A DNA stretch of 64,000 nt from Eledone cirrhosa (GCA_964016885.1 OZ024745.1:45880001-45944000); one strand, 5' to 3'. Shown: positions 39,591 through 52,637, counted from the first letter of the stretch. The notes: generated by a model not told the origin, from the sequence alone. Numbers and translations are program-made.

Positions 39591-40149
39591 ATATATATAT
39601 ATATATATATATATGACTGGTGCTGTATACTGAAATGCTCGTATCAATAAACATTTTTATAGTCTAGCTATGAATTTTTTAGAAACGGGACTTAATCTAC
39701 CACTGGTCTTTAGCAACCAAGCAAGAGCGAGCATTCTAACGGCGCTGTTACTGTCTCTTTAACTGTTGCCCGAAAGGTTAACTCCTTTTTTGATGCCTAG
39801 ACGAAAATAAGGTAAAAGCTATAGGGTGTATGCTTATGAATATCGGCTGACGAAGCTCGTTTGCATAGAAAACAAAAGCTAACTAGCTCTAAACAATGAG
39901 AGGAAGTGGTGTTCATGTAAATATATCTGAGCCACACAAATGCACTTGTGGAGCAGTGGTCAACAAGTTCGGCCTGCAACCATTATCTTTTTAACTTAGT
40001 GGGGGTCGACTCTCCGTCATGCTACTCTGAACAATATCATCAGAAGGAGCCTCGACGCAACCGATTTCCCTTCATAATTGGAACCGGCTGGCCTCGACCG
40101 CGGCGATGGAGCGCTAACCCCTTTCAAAGGGAGCATATCTCTAATTTGG

Positions 40150-40470
40150 GGGAACAACATGTAGTTACTCGTTCTCAGCCTCCAGTCTTGTCGCTTTGAC
40201 CACAAGACCGGGCTCCGCTGCCCGCAATGCGGAGGAGAGAAAGATAGTCAAATACCAGGGTCTGACTAACCGCTTCCTCTTAGCACCGATCTCTGCCGAG
40301 ACTTCTGGCGTCCATGGTCCTCGCACTGCTGATTCCCTCCATAAAGTCGAAAAAATGGTGGCCCGCTTAAAGAGGGTGCCCCGTGAGGTAGGATGACTGT
40401 TGCAGCGAGTGTCTCTGGTCATTCTCCGTGGTAACGCTTTTGCTGTTTTGTCTGTGGGCACAGCTGAGAC
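40150..40470 (+). pseudogene. 3' end of a CRE-clade non-LTR retrotransposon
   Basis: PGSAARNAEERKIVKYQGLTNRFLLAPISAETSGVHGP...PREVG*LLQRVSLVILRGNAFAVL; similar to 22085-22530. Confidence 0.72.
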
Positions 40471-41272
40471 ACCATTCAGACTGGTGTGTAGTGACTGTCC
40501 TTCCTCCTCTCCCTTCCTTTCACTGCTTGACCAGTCTTTCTTTTTCTCTTTTTCATTATCTTTTTTTTCTACCCTTTTTGTTCCCGTTAGTAGTGTGTTT
40601 TTTTCATTAGATACTGCTTAATTAGTTTTATATAATGTCAACGGCCTTTCATGACATTGTGAGATTTTGTATAATGAATAAAGTATAGGCTACTTCCTAA
40701 AAAGAAAAACTAATGCTGGACTGGTCGTCCTACAACCACTACACTAGTTCATGAATTAGTTCATAAAGAACAATTTATACCTCAGTTGAGACTCCAAAAC
40801 AACGAAAATTTAATAGAAGGAAAATTCAATATAAGGATGAAAAAAATATTCTGTAATTTGGCCAAATAACACATCGACCGAGAAAAAAAGAGGGTTTATA
40901 TTTATACTATAAATCCATTTTTGCTGTGAATTATTTATCCATATATGTTATTCCTGATAATTTATTATTGTTATATATAATATTTTTTTAATTGTGTATA
41001 TTCTATATGTTGTGTATAATAGTTGTTTCTACTTTTGGCACAAGGCCAGCAATTATCTCAGTGTATTACTGGTGCTTTATTTTATCAACCCCATAAGCCC
41101 ATGAACAGCAATTTGGGGGAGAAGAATGTCGATTACACCGACCCCAGTATTTGACTGGTACTTTATTTTACCAACTATACCATCAGGTTCAGAAAGCCTC
41201 AACATTACAATAGAACACTCCTAAAACCAATATTGTGGGGATATCAACATAAAGAAATTGAACTAAAATAAT

Positions 41273-41460
41273 TGTTTCTACTTTAGGCACAAGGCCAGCA
41301 ATTATCCCAGTGTATTACTGGTACTTTATTTTATCGACCCCATAAGGATGAAAGACAAAGTTAACCTCGGCGGGATTTGAACTCAAACCATAAAGGGCCG
41401 TAACTCTTTGCTGCAAAGCATGGCGTCCGACTCTCTACCGATACTGCCAATCCACCGCCC
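41273..41460 (-). mobile_element. SINE family A, full length, between older fragments (41020-41175 and 41476-41635)
   Basis: 15-bp TSD TTGAACTAAAATAAT at 41258-41272 and 41461-41475. Confidence 0.93.
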
Positions 41461-42500
41461 TTGAACTAAAATAATGTTTTCTGTTATAATTTAGGAAGAA
41501 GGCCACCAATTTGGAGGGAGGGGAATGTCGATTACATTGACATCTAGTACTTTAGTGGTACTCTATTTTACTGACTCCAGAAGGATGAAAGGCAAGTTTA
41601 TCCAACGCTCCAACGATTCTGCTAATTCACAGCCTTCATTTTATGCTGTATATAACAATAAACTTGTTCCTAATCGTTGTAGATAAATTTACATATAACA
41701 GCGAGTGCTTTAATGTCATTTCGCTGCTACCACATAGGTTAACCTTACAGACCGCATGACGGGTTTCATATTCGTTGTGGGGCCCATTTTAAGACAACAT
41801 TTTTCGAATGGATATGCTTCTTGTTGCCAACACTTTTAATCGCTTCTTACGGTGCCCAGTAATACGGTGCAAGTAAATTTAAATATAAGAAAGAAAAAGA
41901 TAATTAAAAGCAAAGCAACTACGTATTATGGAGTACGAGCATCAGTTTACAGTACCACGTGTCAAGGACATAAGTGCTACCTTCATAGACCTGTGGCCAA
42001 GTCTAGCATTAAGATGTGTTGATATATCTACATAAAGGTTACCGATCGATCTACCAATTGCATGATGGTAGGCTAGAGATTAAACATTTTTTTCAATGTA
42101 GGTGTTACGTAAAACACACATGCACATGCTAATACAAATATTATTACACACACACATTCCTCTGGACAAGATAGATAAAAGTCTGTGGGAAGGAGATTTG
42201 AAAGACTGATGAGGTTTAAGTGCAATTGTGAAATTTAGTTGGCAACTATCGATATACCCAGCTGCGATATACATGCATACAAGTGCTCACGCAAAGATGC
42301 AGAAACAAACGTACATTGCGTGTGCAGGCTTCTCATCATCACACACGAGTGACCAAGGGATTTGCACCAAGAAAGTTCCCCTCGACGCACAAGTCTGAGC
42401 AAGATTGTTTGTGGAAGATCAGCTGTCACCCATGAATACCCGTCTCCCCTCTATTTGTCGTGCATACATGTTAAGTACATGCATGTTAAGTGTATGAAAA

Positions 42501-42624
<124 letters not shown>

Positions 42625-43052
42625 ATAATATAATATTTTATGAGCAACCGTGCCAATGTAAGCATACAAATGTTAATACAAATATTCAATTATCTCTATT
42701 TGCATATCTTTAGTGTTATGTGACATAGTATGCATTTATGAATTCATATGTATGTGTGTGTATACATATAAAATATTTATGAGTGCATTTATTTCTATTC
42801 ATTTGAGAAAAATGATTATAGATAATAAAATTTAGACGTTATTTATATTAAAGCAAAAAGCTGCCCCTTTGCTGACCTCAGCATCAAATGTCAACAATAT
42901 TACAGTAGGTATATTAGTAATAGTGAATATATATGACTTGGAAAGACAAAAAGAGAATGTGAGAGAGAAAGTGATAACGAAATACTAAGGACAAAAAATG
43001 AACTCATATATCAGATTATCCGAAATACGCGTTGCAAAGAAACTTATTTATG

Positions 43053-43164
<112 letters not shown>

Positions 43165-43207
43165 CATACATATGAATATATATATATGGGAGGTGTATGT
43201 GTGAGTG

Positions 43208-43432
43208 TAATAATGGTTTATTATACTGGTACAAGGCCAGCTACTAATTATTTTTTTTTGGGGGGGGGGGGGGAGTCGATTATATCGACCCCAGTGCGTG
43301 ACTGGTACTTTATTTTATCGACCCCGTAAGGATGAAAGGCAAGGCTAACCTCAGCGAGATTTGTACACAAAACGTGAAGGGCGTAACCACTATGCCGCAC
43401 ACATGTTGTCCGACTCTCAATCAATTCTGAAT
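43208..43432 (-). mobile_element. SINE family A, long variant
   Basis: Core 'ctggtactttattttatcgaccccgtaaggatgaaaggc'. Confidence 0.82.
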
Positions 43433-43507
43433 AATAATAATGAACTGAGGCAATATGTAAGATTATAAGGATAAAATGATATAATTCTACCTATATAGTT
43501 AGTTTAT

Positions 43508-43757
43508 TATTGAGGCCCTGAACTCTTTAATAAGCTGCCAAGAAATTTGAAAGATCTGCATGGTGTGGGTGTGGAGGTTTTCAAGAAATATCTTGACACT
43601 CTGCTATCCAAGATCACAGATGAGCCCACAGTACGGAACGAAGATAACTTAAGGGCAGCAGCAACGATCTCCCGCCTACACCAATTGCCAGCCAAATCAG
43701 ACTGGAGATAGAACGTTTAGCAACAATGGCGGTACCCCAGCATAGCCTCAGCCGGAT
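43508..43757 (+). pseudogene. 3' end of a CR1/L2-group LINE
   Basis: GPELFNKLPRNLKDLHGVGVEVFKKYLDTLLSKITDEP...RAAATISRLHQ followed by a short 3' UTR. Confidence 0.7.
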
Positions 43758-43777
43758 GTATATATATATATATATAT

Positions 43778-43956
43778 GGATGTATATATAATGTATTTTG
43801 CAATACACTTTATGCTTAATTAAAAGCATTTTGAAGACCGTATGCTCTAAAACAATAGCATACGGTCTTCAAAATGCTTTTAATTAAGCATAAAGTGTAT
43901 TGCAAAATACATTATATATACATCCATATATATATATTGCTATTTCAGAGCTCCAA

Positions 43957-43963
<7 letters not shown>
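43778..43963. mobile_element. Short inverted insertion of a diverged relative of the 310-bp retrozyme unit, in (TA)n
   Basis: Arms 43778-43846 / 43857-43925; ggtcttcaaaatg...gctatttcagagc..tccaatt(t)ctaat shared with 17896-17999. Confidence 0.75.
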
Positions 43964-44013
<50 letters not shown>

Positions 44014-44024
44014 AATAATAATTA

Positions 44025-44126
44025 TTATTTCTACTTTTGGCACAAGGCCAGCAATTATTCCAGTGCATTACTGGTACTTTATTTTATCGACCCCGTAAGG
44101 ATGAAAGGCAAAGTTAACCTCGGCGA
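44025..44126 (-). mobile_element. SINE family A, 5'-truncated, in (TAA)n
   Basis: Core and tail present. Confidence 0.88.
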
Positions 44127-44257
44127 ATAATAATAATAATTAGTATATCTATATTAAATATTTATACTCTGCTATGTATTGAGTACCTTACTTACTGTGG
44201 TTACCCCCGATTGAACCCGGGATAAACTTATATATTTCTATATACATATATATCTGT

Positions 44258-44346
<89 letters not shown>

Positions 44347-44351
44347 TATAT

Positions 44352-44406
<55 letters not shown>

Positions 44407-44409
44407 TAT

Positions 44410-44452
<43 letters not shown>

Positions 44453-44457
<5 letters not shown>

Positions 44458-44557
44458 CGTATCCAAAAAAATGTATACACACTTCAACAGCATTCTAATA
44501 AATATTGCCTGTTCAGGTAATCAAAGTATGTATACATTTTTGGGAGGACACCCTGTA
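44453..44557. mobile_element. Tc1/mariner-type MITE, copy 3
   Basis: TA-CAGCGTATCCAAAAAA...TTTTTGGGAGGACACCCTG-TA. Confidence 0.78.
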
Positions 44558-44918
44558 TATATACGTATGTTCATATATAGGTATATATATAAATATATAC
44601 ATACATACATGTATGTGTGGGAGGGTGTAAAAGGTTAATAGCATCGTTGCTTATCGGTTGTTTAAAATTTCCATTACTAAATATCCTTTAAGTGTGATGT
44701 TGATACGAAAATGTGTATGAAATGTTCTTGAAATACGTAACTATCGTTTTAAACTATGTAAATATAACTAAAGTATGTTATAAGATGTGATATGTCACCA
44801 TCAACGTTTAAGCGGGAAGTTTGTCGTTTGTATGGATGCATTAACATCACACACACAGATATATATATATATGAGTGGGTGCATATATATATATATATGA
44901 GATGAGTGGGTGCATATG

Positions 44919-45015
<97 letters not shown>

Positions 45016-45089
45016 ATGTATATACTTATGTATATTAATACACAGGTTTAGTTGTAGTTCAAGAAACTAGTGAACACATTATGAGAAAC

Positions 45090-45153
<64 letters not shown>

Positions 45154-45842
45154 TGTGTATGTATATACTTATGTATATTAATACACAGGTTTAGTTGTAG
45201 TTCAAGAAACTAGTGAACACATTATGAGAAACTATATATATTATCTGCAATATATTAATCAACCACCATATTTAAATCCGTAAACATCCGCAATATTTGT
45301 AACTTCCGATGATTAGATGTTTCAAGTATATAATGCCTGTTGCAAAGGAGATATGTCTCTGCAGTCACTGAAGTGGGTAATATCCTCAGTTATATCATAA
45401 TATTTACTTTGACAACCAATTAAATATATCTTAGATATGCGATCTGACATACGCGCAAGAGACAGTCATACATATACACATACTCACACTTACACGCACG
45501 TACCCACACACACACACACCAACACATGCAGAGGAATATCGTATAGGCGTAACTGTCATAGTGTTACAACTGTTTATTAATTGGAGCCCGCCAGGTTTAT
45601 AACGAAAAACTATAAGCTTTCAGTTTATTCTTTCTTAGAAATAAAGGAGTAAGCCTCTCTTATGGCGGATAAATTTCCAGAAACGGTGCCGTCGGGGTGC
45701 TCTCCTTTTGTTGATAAGACTAGCAGTGACATGATCACATCTTATTGAAAATACATAGCGAGGCTAAAAGGTTGTTTATTATCCATAAACATTTCGTATA
45801 ATACCTCAAAATACAACCCATGTAACGTTTTACGTTTCAGAT

Positions 45843-45986
45843 AATTATTTCTACTTTTATCGACCTCGTAAGGATGAAAGACAAAGTAAACCTCGGCAAG
45901 ATTTGAACTCAGGATATAAAGGGCCGTAACTTTATACCGTAAAGCATATGCTGACGCTCTATCGACTCTGCCAATCCACTGCCCTT
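45843..45986 (-). mobile_element. SINE family A with an internal deletion
   Basis: Head and core present; tail shortened. Confidence 0.75.
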
Positions 45987-46029
45987 CAAACATTTGTAAT
46001 CAAAAATAATAATAATGGATTGCGATAAA

Positions 46030-46277
46030 AAAGGGGGTAAAGACCCCCTTCGGTCATTAATAACCATGGGATTTGAACCTAGAAATTTATCCAAGAGAAA
46101 GGCCGATGCAGCTTGGCAACAGTGACGTCGCAACTCATTTCTACAGCTGAGTGAAGTAGAGCAACGTGAAATAAAGTGTTTTACTCAAGAACACAGCGTA
46201 AAGCCCGGTCTGAGAATCGAACTCAGAACCTCTTGATTGTAAGCTCGACGTTCTAACCACTAATCCATGCGCCTTCA
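46030..46277 (-). mobile_element. CORE-type SINE (tail type 3)
   Basis: Minus strand: gaaggcgcatggattagtggttag...gagttcgattc...cttgagtaaaacactttatttcacgttgctc. Confidence 0.82.
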
Positions 46278-46314
46278 TACGTAAGCATAATAACTATATC
46301 ATTCAAAAAAAAAA

Positions 46315-46437
46315 TGCTTATAGCACCTAGGTCTCCCAATCAAGCGTTCACCCATCTAAGTACTGACTAGGCTCGACGTTTCTTTACTTCAGTGATCGGA
46401 CGAGAACCGGTGTTTTCAGCGTGATGTGGCCGTCGAA
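46315..46437 (-). pseudogene. 5S rRNA: 5S rRNA-derived sequence, probable pseudogene, with a T10 terminator (46305-46314)
   Basis: Minus strand: acggccacatcacgctgaaaacaccggttctcgtccgatcactgaagtaaag..cgtcgagcctagtcagtacttagatgggtga..tgggaga cctaggtgctataagca; matches metazoan 5S with substitutions and a small insertion. Confidence 0.88.
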
Positions 46438-46499
46438 GTCATTTTAAATCCATAATCTATAGATTCTACCTTATCACAAAACATTTCATCTAAGAGAAC

Positions 46500-47110
46500 A
46501 TGAAAAACCGCGATGAATGCTCAGTAAATTCAATAGGGTTTTCACTCTCTTCATTGTTACTCAACAAGAGCAGCTATCTGTTTTATATGGCGGATTTATA
46601 AGCCTTTGCCGAAAACGATACCCAACAAGCTGGCCAACTGATCATTAAAAAGAGCTTCAGTGATAGCATTAAATGGTGTTTGGATTAGATAAACGGACCA
46701 AAGGTACATTCAAGAAGAGTAGGTTTATCGTAGCATCAGACATAGAACTTGACAAAAATACCGAAGTCAAAGAGCTTGACTAGGAAGGCACATACATGTA
46801 CCAAAGTGAAAGAAATAAAACAATATATAACATTATGCTATGAGAGAGAAAATTCACAAAGAATTACAAGATAGTAAAAATGGTACTAAAGAGAGAACTA
46901 AATGCATCAAACAGTGTAGTCACGTAGTTTCAACATTATAAACCGGACATTTAATAAAATTAAAATTCTAGATATTAAAATAAAAAAATGCTGACAAGAG
47001 CCAAGATGACCATCTAAAAGCAGATATTGACAGAATTTACCTAGGAAGAGCAATGGGAGGTAGAAGTCTGGTATACCTCGAACTAACCTGCAAAACAACA
47101 TTTCAGGCCT
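46500..47110 (+). pseudogene. Decayed R4/Dong-clade LINE reverse transcriptase fragment
   Basis: LFYMADL*AFAEND (cf. LFYMDDLKLFAKN), FGLDKRTKGTFKK, HLKADIDRIYLGRAMGGRSL. Confidence 0.68.
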
Positions 47111-47281
47111 ATATATACATATATATGTATAAATAGAAATTGTCAAATATCTATATTCAAGCACGAAAGAAGCTAGAAAATTCTCACAAGAACTCAATAT
47201 TCCTGAGTTAACACAACATATTAACGAGACATATTTTGCCTGTAATAAAACAAGAGGCAATACAATATATATATACATATA

Positions 47282-47365
<84 letters not shown>

Positions 47366-47870
47366 GAAGGTACGGGGCTCAACGGTTAGAGTGCTGGACT
47401 CACAATCGTGAAGTTGTTAGTTCGATTCGCAGACCGAATGTCACGTTATATCTTTAAGCAAGACATTATATTTCGTGTTGCAAGGGCGGTGGATTGGCAG
47501 TATCGGATGAGGGGCGGACGCCATGCTTTGCAGCAAAGAGTTACGGCCCTTTATGATCAGAGTTCAAATCTCGCCGAGGTTAATTTTGCCTTTCATCCTT
47601 ACGGGGTCGATAAAATAAAGTACCAGTAATGCACTGGGTTATTGCTGTCCTTGTGCCAACAGTAGAAACAATTATATTTCGTGTTGCTCCAGTTTACTCA
47701 GCTGGAAAAATAAGTATCAGCCTGTGCCTTCCTCCTGAACAACATCGGTGGTGTGGAGAGGGGAGACTGGTATGCATGAGTGACTGCTGGTTTTCCAGAA
47801 AATCACTTTGCCTGGGTTTCGGCGTGGAAGGAACATTTTAAAGCGCAAAACCGATGATCACTCTTGATCA
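47366..47870 (+). mobile_element. CORE-type SINE interrupted by a full family A SINE (47482-47670)
   Basis: 17-bp TSD ATTATATTTCGTGTTGC at 47465-47481 and 47671-47687 inside the CORE segment. Confidence 0.92.
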
Positions 47871-48034
47871 CAGCGGAACGTTTTGTTTGTGTGCGTATGT
47901 GTGGATGGGGTGTATGAGTGTGTAAGTATATCCATATATATATGTGTGTGTGTGTGTGTGTTTGTACATAATATGATAATAGAATACGGAGGCTAGATTT
48001 CATCACAATAATTACGCAGTATCCATAATACGTA

Positions 48035-48210
48035 TTTCTTCTTCGCCCACTTATTCCTGGTAGGATCATGGGGGCGTCCTTAAACACGTCATCTAGTAGG
48101 TCATATCAGAAGAATCCCTCTCCAATTGATCCGACTGGGTCCCCAAGCGAAACCAGCCGAGCTCATGGATATTATCCAACCATCTTGCTCGGGGTCTACC
48201 CCTGGATCTC
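48035..48210 (-). pseudogene. 3' end of an RTE-like LINE
   Basis: Minus strand RSRGRPRARWLDNIHELGW; terminal 'caggaataagtgggcga..agaagaaata' also present at ~33005-33040 (+). Confidence 0.6.
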
Positions 48211-48370
48211 CCACATATTCCTGGAGGGAGTGGGGTCTTGGGAGCCGAGTCCTCAAGCAAGCCTTCTAGTGGGTTTTATCAAAGCAACCATCTCAAATTG
48301 ATTTGGCTGGATCCCCAGGTGAGACAGAAACAGCTGGAATGCATGCTTGAGGATTCTGCTCCCAGGACCT

Positions 48371-48371
<1 letters not shown>

Positions 48372-48401
<30 letters not shown>

Positions 48402-48497
48402 AAGAAGAAGAAGAAGAAGAAGAAGAAGAAGAAGAAGAAGAAGAAGAAGAAGAAGAAGAAGAAGAAGAAGAAGAAGAAGAAGAAGAAGAAGAAGAAG

Positions 48498-48527
<30 letters not shown>
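48372..48527. repeat. Pure (AAG)n, about 52 units
   Basis: Direct reading. Confidence 0.98.
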
Positions 48528-48528
<1 letters not shown>

Positions 48529-50154
48529 TACAGGATTATTGAAAGAGAGCGATATGGAGGAATCATATACAGAATCCGCAAGAAGGAATTGTGAAATGTT
48601 TGAAAAGATCAAAGGATAATGGATAATAAAAAAACCATCTGGAACACGATGAATACAAGACTAAGAATATTGTGATTACATTGATAGTCAAAAGAAAATA
48701 GGAATAGTCAAAGATTACTAGATTCCAAGATGTTTGGTTTGAGTAATTCTCACCCTGCATTAATGATTGGCTAAAAATAATCAATATAATTATCGTCACT
48801 GGTAATATCTCCCATTGGCAAACATAAAGACATGATATTCACGTCAAAATCAGAGAGAATGTCATGTCTAAAGAATTACAAGCCCATAATATATGTCCTT
48901 CAACAATATATAAATACCGAAATATACAAATATCGAAAGACTGGAATACAAAAGAAAATGGAAAAGCCAATCATACGAAAACCGCGTACAAAAAGAGCGT
49001 ATGGTTTCTAAGTTTAACACTTAATAGATAACAAGTCGAATGGTGTAATAGATGAATCAATCTCAAAACAATAAAGACTAGATATATAAAACACATATGG
49101 ATGTATATCCATAGCTGTTTTTAAACCTTCAACATATTGAATGTACGGTAATAAGGTTCATAAGAAATAATTCTTACAAATATTGGCACAAGACCAGCAA
49201 TTTGGGGGAAGGGGAAAGTTGATAGCATCGACCCCCCCCCCTCCCCCTCCCAGTATTTAACTGGTACCTTATTTTAGATAAAGAGAAGACTGATTAACTT
49301 TATACACTTGTATGTGAACGGAAAGATGTTTTTGAGAGTTGGAGATGAAAAATATATTTTAGCTCATCGTTTTTCTCGTAACTAACTTTACCTATCTAGT
49401 AAATTGGTATAGTCAATTGGCATTTATTTAGTCGAAACCGCAGCAGTGAACATCAAAGATGACCTTAACGAAATACAATTTTCAAAAATGTGAAAGTTTA
49501 ATAATTGTTTGATATGTAAAATTAATTCGCATTTTTAGAGGTAGGTTTTGATGTTCGTAAATTTGCCATTTGAAAAACCACATCGACGACTATCAAAATT
49601 AGAACATACTGTTATAGGTTCACTATTCTGTGGCACCCTACATAACCACATAAAATATAATCGACCCAATGAAGGAGTCTTTACGTGGTCGCTCCACCTG
49701 CTAGAGATAGCAACAAAATCCTCTTCAAGACCCACAGTTTTGTCTTATCAAACGATATATTCGATCTCTGCGGGCTTTTGGTCGTATGTTAGCTCAAACG
49801 TAGCCGACATGTCACTAGATAACAACATTAACTAAATATAAAGATTTCTCACGTTAACAGAAGTTGTCTTCTTTGTGGATGGGAAGCACAACCCATTGAA
49901 TTGATTCTTGTGCATTAATACCACTTACTAGCCAACACCATAAGGCATTAATCTCAAAATGTTAAAGAACGAAACTAAATTGTATAAGTAATTTATTCCA
50001 GCACTTTACCGTTTTGACTACTCAAACATCTTCTCAAATTAAGATGGCAAAGTTACCCTACGTTGACACAGGGTAATAAATTTCTTTATGAGAGACATAG
50101 TACATACTTTTCATCATTTTTGTTTGTTTGCTTTATTTTGCTGTTGCTGTTTTT

Positions 50155-50720
50155 TTTTATGGAAATGGATATAAATAAAATAAAATCAATAGTAATCTGC
50201 AAGAAAGAAGACACGTCCAAAATAAATAAGACAATTGAGGGAAAGCAAATTGAACAGACATCAAAGATAATAAACCTGGGATATATATAATTAGTAAACG
50301 GAAAACGGAAAACAAAAATCAAAAGGAGGATTGAGATAACTAGAAAGTCATTTAAAAAAATGTCAAACACATTATTAACTTCAAAAAACATAACCATCAA
50401 AATCAGAAAAAGTTTATTAAAGGGTTGTGTTTGATCCACTCAACTATACGTATGAAGTTTTTGAGATGTGGGCGTAAGAAAATTATGGACAAAACACAAA
50501 ACTAATGATGAAGCATTAAATATGGCAAAAGTAAAGTTTTTTGGACATCGACGAGAAATAAACTATAATGTTTTGACCACTTAATTAGAAAACATAGTTT
50601 ACAGAGACTATTCAAAATAAGCAAAATGAATGGGATGGTAGCAAGAGAAATACCAAGATTTACGTGGAGGGATAATTTCAACAGGCCGCGAATATATGAT
50701 GCATTATGTGGACGAGGTTC
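50155..50720 (+). pseudogene. Decayed RTE-clade LINE ORF, C-terminal part
   Basis: MDINKIKSIVI..IEGKQIEQ..INLGY; IKRRIEITRKSFKKM..LLTSKNITIKIRK; HLIRKHSLQRL..REIPRFTWRDN. Confidence 0.65.
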
Positions 50721-50883
50721 ATACATTTTTGTGAAGAATTCTTGGTATTTCTCTTTCTACCATCCCATTCATTTTGCTTATGTTGAATAGTCTCTGTAAA
50801 CCATGTTTTCTAATTAAGTGGTCAAAACATTATAGTTTATTTCTCGTCGATGTCCAAAAAACTTTATTTTTTGCCATATTTAA
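50516..50883. repeat. ~145-bp inverted duplication of LINE-derived sequence (50516-50660 / 50737-50883)
   Basis: Near-identical reverse-complement arms. Confidence 0.9.
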
Positions 50884-50938
50884 AAATAAAAAACCGTTTT
50901 ATTTTTTTATTTTTCTTTGCGCTTTTCCTTTTGTGTTT

Positions 50939-50972
50939 TGTCTGAAGAAGGGCAAATGCCCGATACGTTGAC
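50939..50972 (+). ncRNA. Degenerate Penelope-type minimal hammerhead (GAAA mutated to GATA)
   Basis: gt CTGAAGA a gggc-aaat-gccc GATA cgtt gac. Confidence 0.45.
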
Positions 50973-52450
50973 TATGAAACTCATTCTCTTTCTTTTCAGC
51001 ATGAAACTAATACGACTTGATGTTAATGCATCCTCTTGTTTGTTCGTTTCTTGTTTCTTTGATATATATATAATGAAGAAGTATGTACTTGAATCTTACT
51101 TCATTTGATTGATTACTTTGTTACTGTTATATATATTACAGTGGTATCTATCACGTAATAAATACGACCTCATCAGACAATAATTGTGTAATCTTTTGTT
51201 CAATTTGTGATAAGTCTCGCACGCCTGGTCTACCGATACTGCCAATTCAATCATTAAATGGTAATGAACATAATACCAAAAATATATTTAAGTCAGGAAG
51301 GCAGTATTCACCAGCAAAAGAAACGGCTCCTATGGTAATTCCATGTAAACCTCTACACCAACCCCGGGTTACTCGAACGCATTGAGAGCATCAAATGTAC
51401 GCTTTCACGGTTTCTTTCCTTCTGCTTAGAGAAGCTTAATCAATTTAACCTCGTCAATTTAGCCGCTCTCACTCATCTTTCATGAAACACACTAGAAGGC
51501 AACAACGCCCACTCCACCCCAACTTTCTTCATCAAGTGGTACTTGATGTGGTTGATGAGGGCTTAGCTTGAGAGAAAAATTCTTGTCCTCTAATAATCAT
51601 AATTATTGTCGCAATGACGACGAATGAGGGTACATTAGGTGAAGAGGTGACAAAATAGGTGTGGAGGTATACAAAGAAATTAGATGTAATAAAGAAAAAG
51701 CGACGGTATGTACATATATTGGATCTAATGTTTAATAGGAGTATACATTAATGAAAGTATTTAAAAGGAAAAAGGGATTAGAATAATATATGAGAGAAAA
51801 ATGTGAGAAACGTGTGTAGGTGGTAGGGGTCAAGAAATTAAATAATAAAGGAAAGAAGAAGAGGCAAACTCCCTTGCAAGGTGGTATATCTCAGCTGCAC
51901 CCCGCGATAAAGCTGTTGACTGTATTGCCACAAAGAAAACCAGCGACACGCGTGTACCCTAAACATAGTTCTCAGAGAGATTCAGTGTGGCAGTGTGTGA
52001 CAGGAATTACACTTTGTATTACAGGTACAGTAGATCCGACGAGCTTCCAAACAGATTCCCTCTATTTAATTTCTTTCACAGCGCATAGGTTGACCCAAGA
52101 CTATGGTAAATAAAACTTTTCCAAGATACCCAAATGGAATTAAGCAGTCGGTCATACATCGTTCATTAAGGAAGAATAGAATGCCGATACAAATATCTAC
52201 AAAATACAAACATGTATTCCCTTTTTTCAAAAGGGTAAGAAATACAAAAGAAAAACGAAAATAACAGGCTGCTTTAAGAAGCAACAGAAACCGTGATAAA
52301 ACTGCAAACTAAACTAAACGATGACAAGAAAGGTCCCTACATGAGACTTACAAATATATACAATATACAGAGAGGTCACTAATTTCAATACAATAGAAAC
52401 TTGTGCTCGGTATTATACTAACACTACACAATGAAAATAAGATTAATAAT

Positions 52451-52637
52451 TGTTTCTACTTTAGGCACAAGGCCAGCAATTACCCAGTGCATTACTGATA
52501 CTTTATTTTATCGACCCCGTAAGGATGAAAGGCAAAGTCAACCTCGGTGGGATTTGAACTCAGATCGCAAAGGGACGTAACTATGCTGGAAAGCATGGCG
52601 TCCGACCCTCTACCGATACTGCCAATCCACCGCCTTG
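52451..52637 (-). mobile_element. SINE family A, full length, inserted at the tail of an older copy (52656-52740)
   Basis: 18-bp TSD GAAAATAAGATTAATAAT at 52433-52450 and 52638-52655. Confidence 0.94.

Noticed and set aside
42206-42240. CTGATGA...GAAA match
   Set aside because: No stem II or stem I pairing; chance match (similar chance matches at ~19348, 39847 and 61918)
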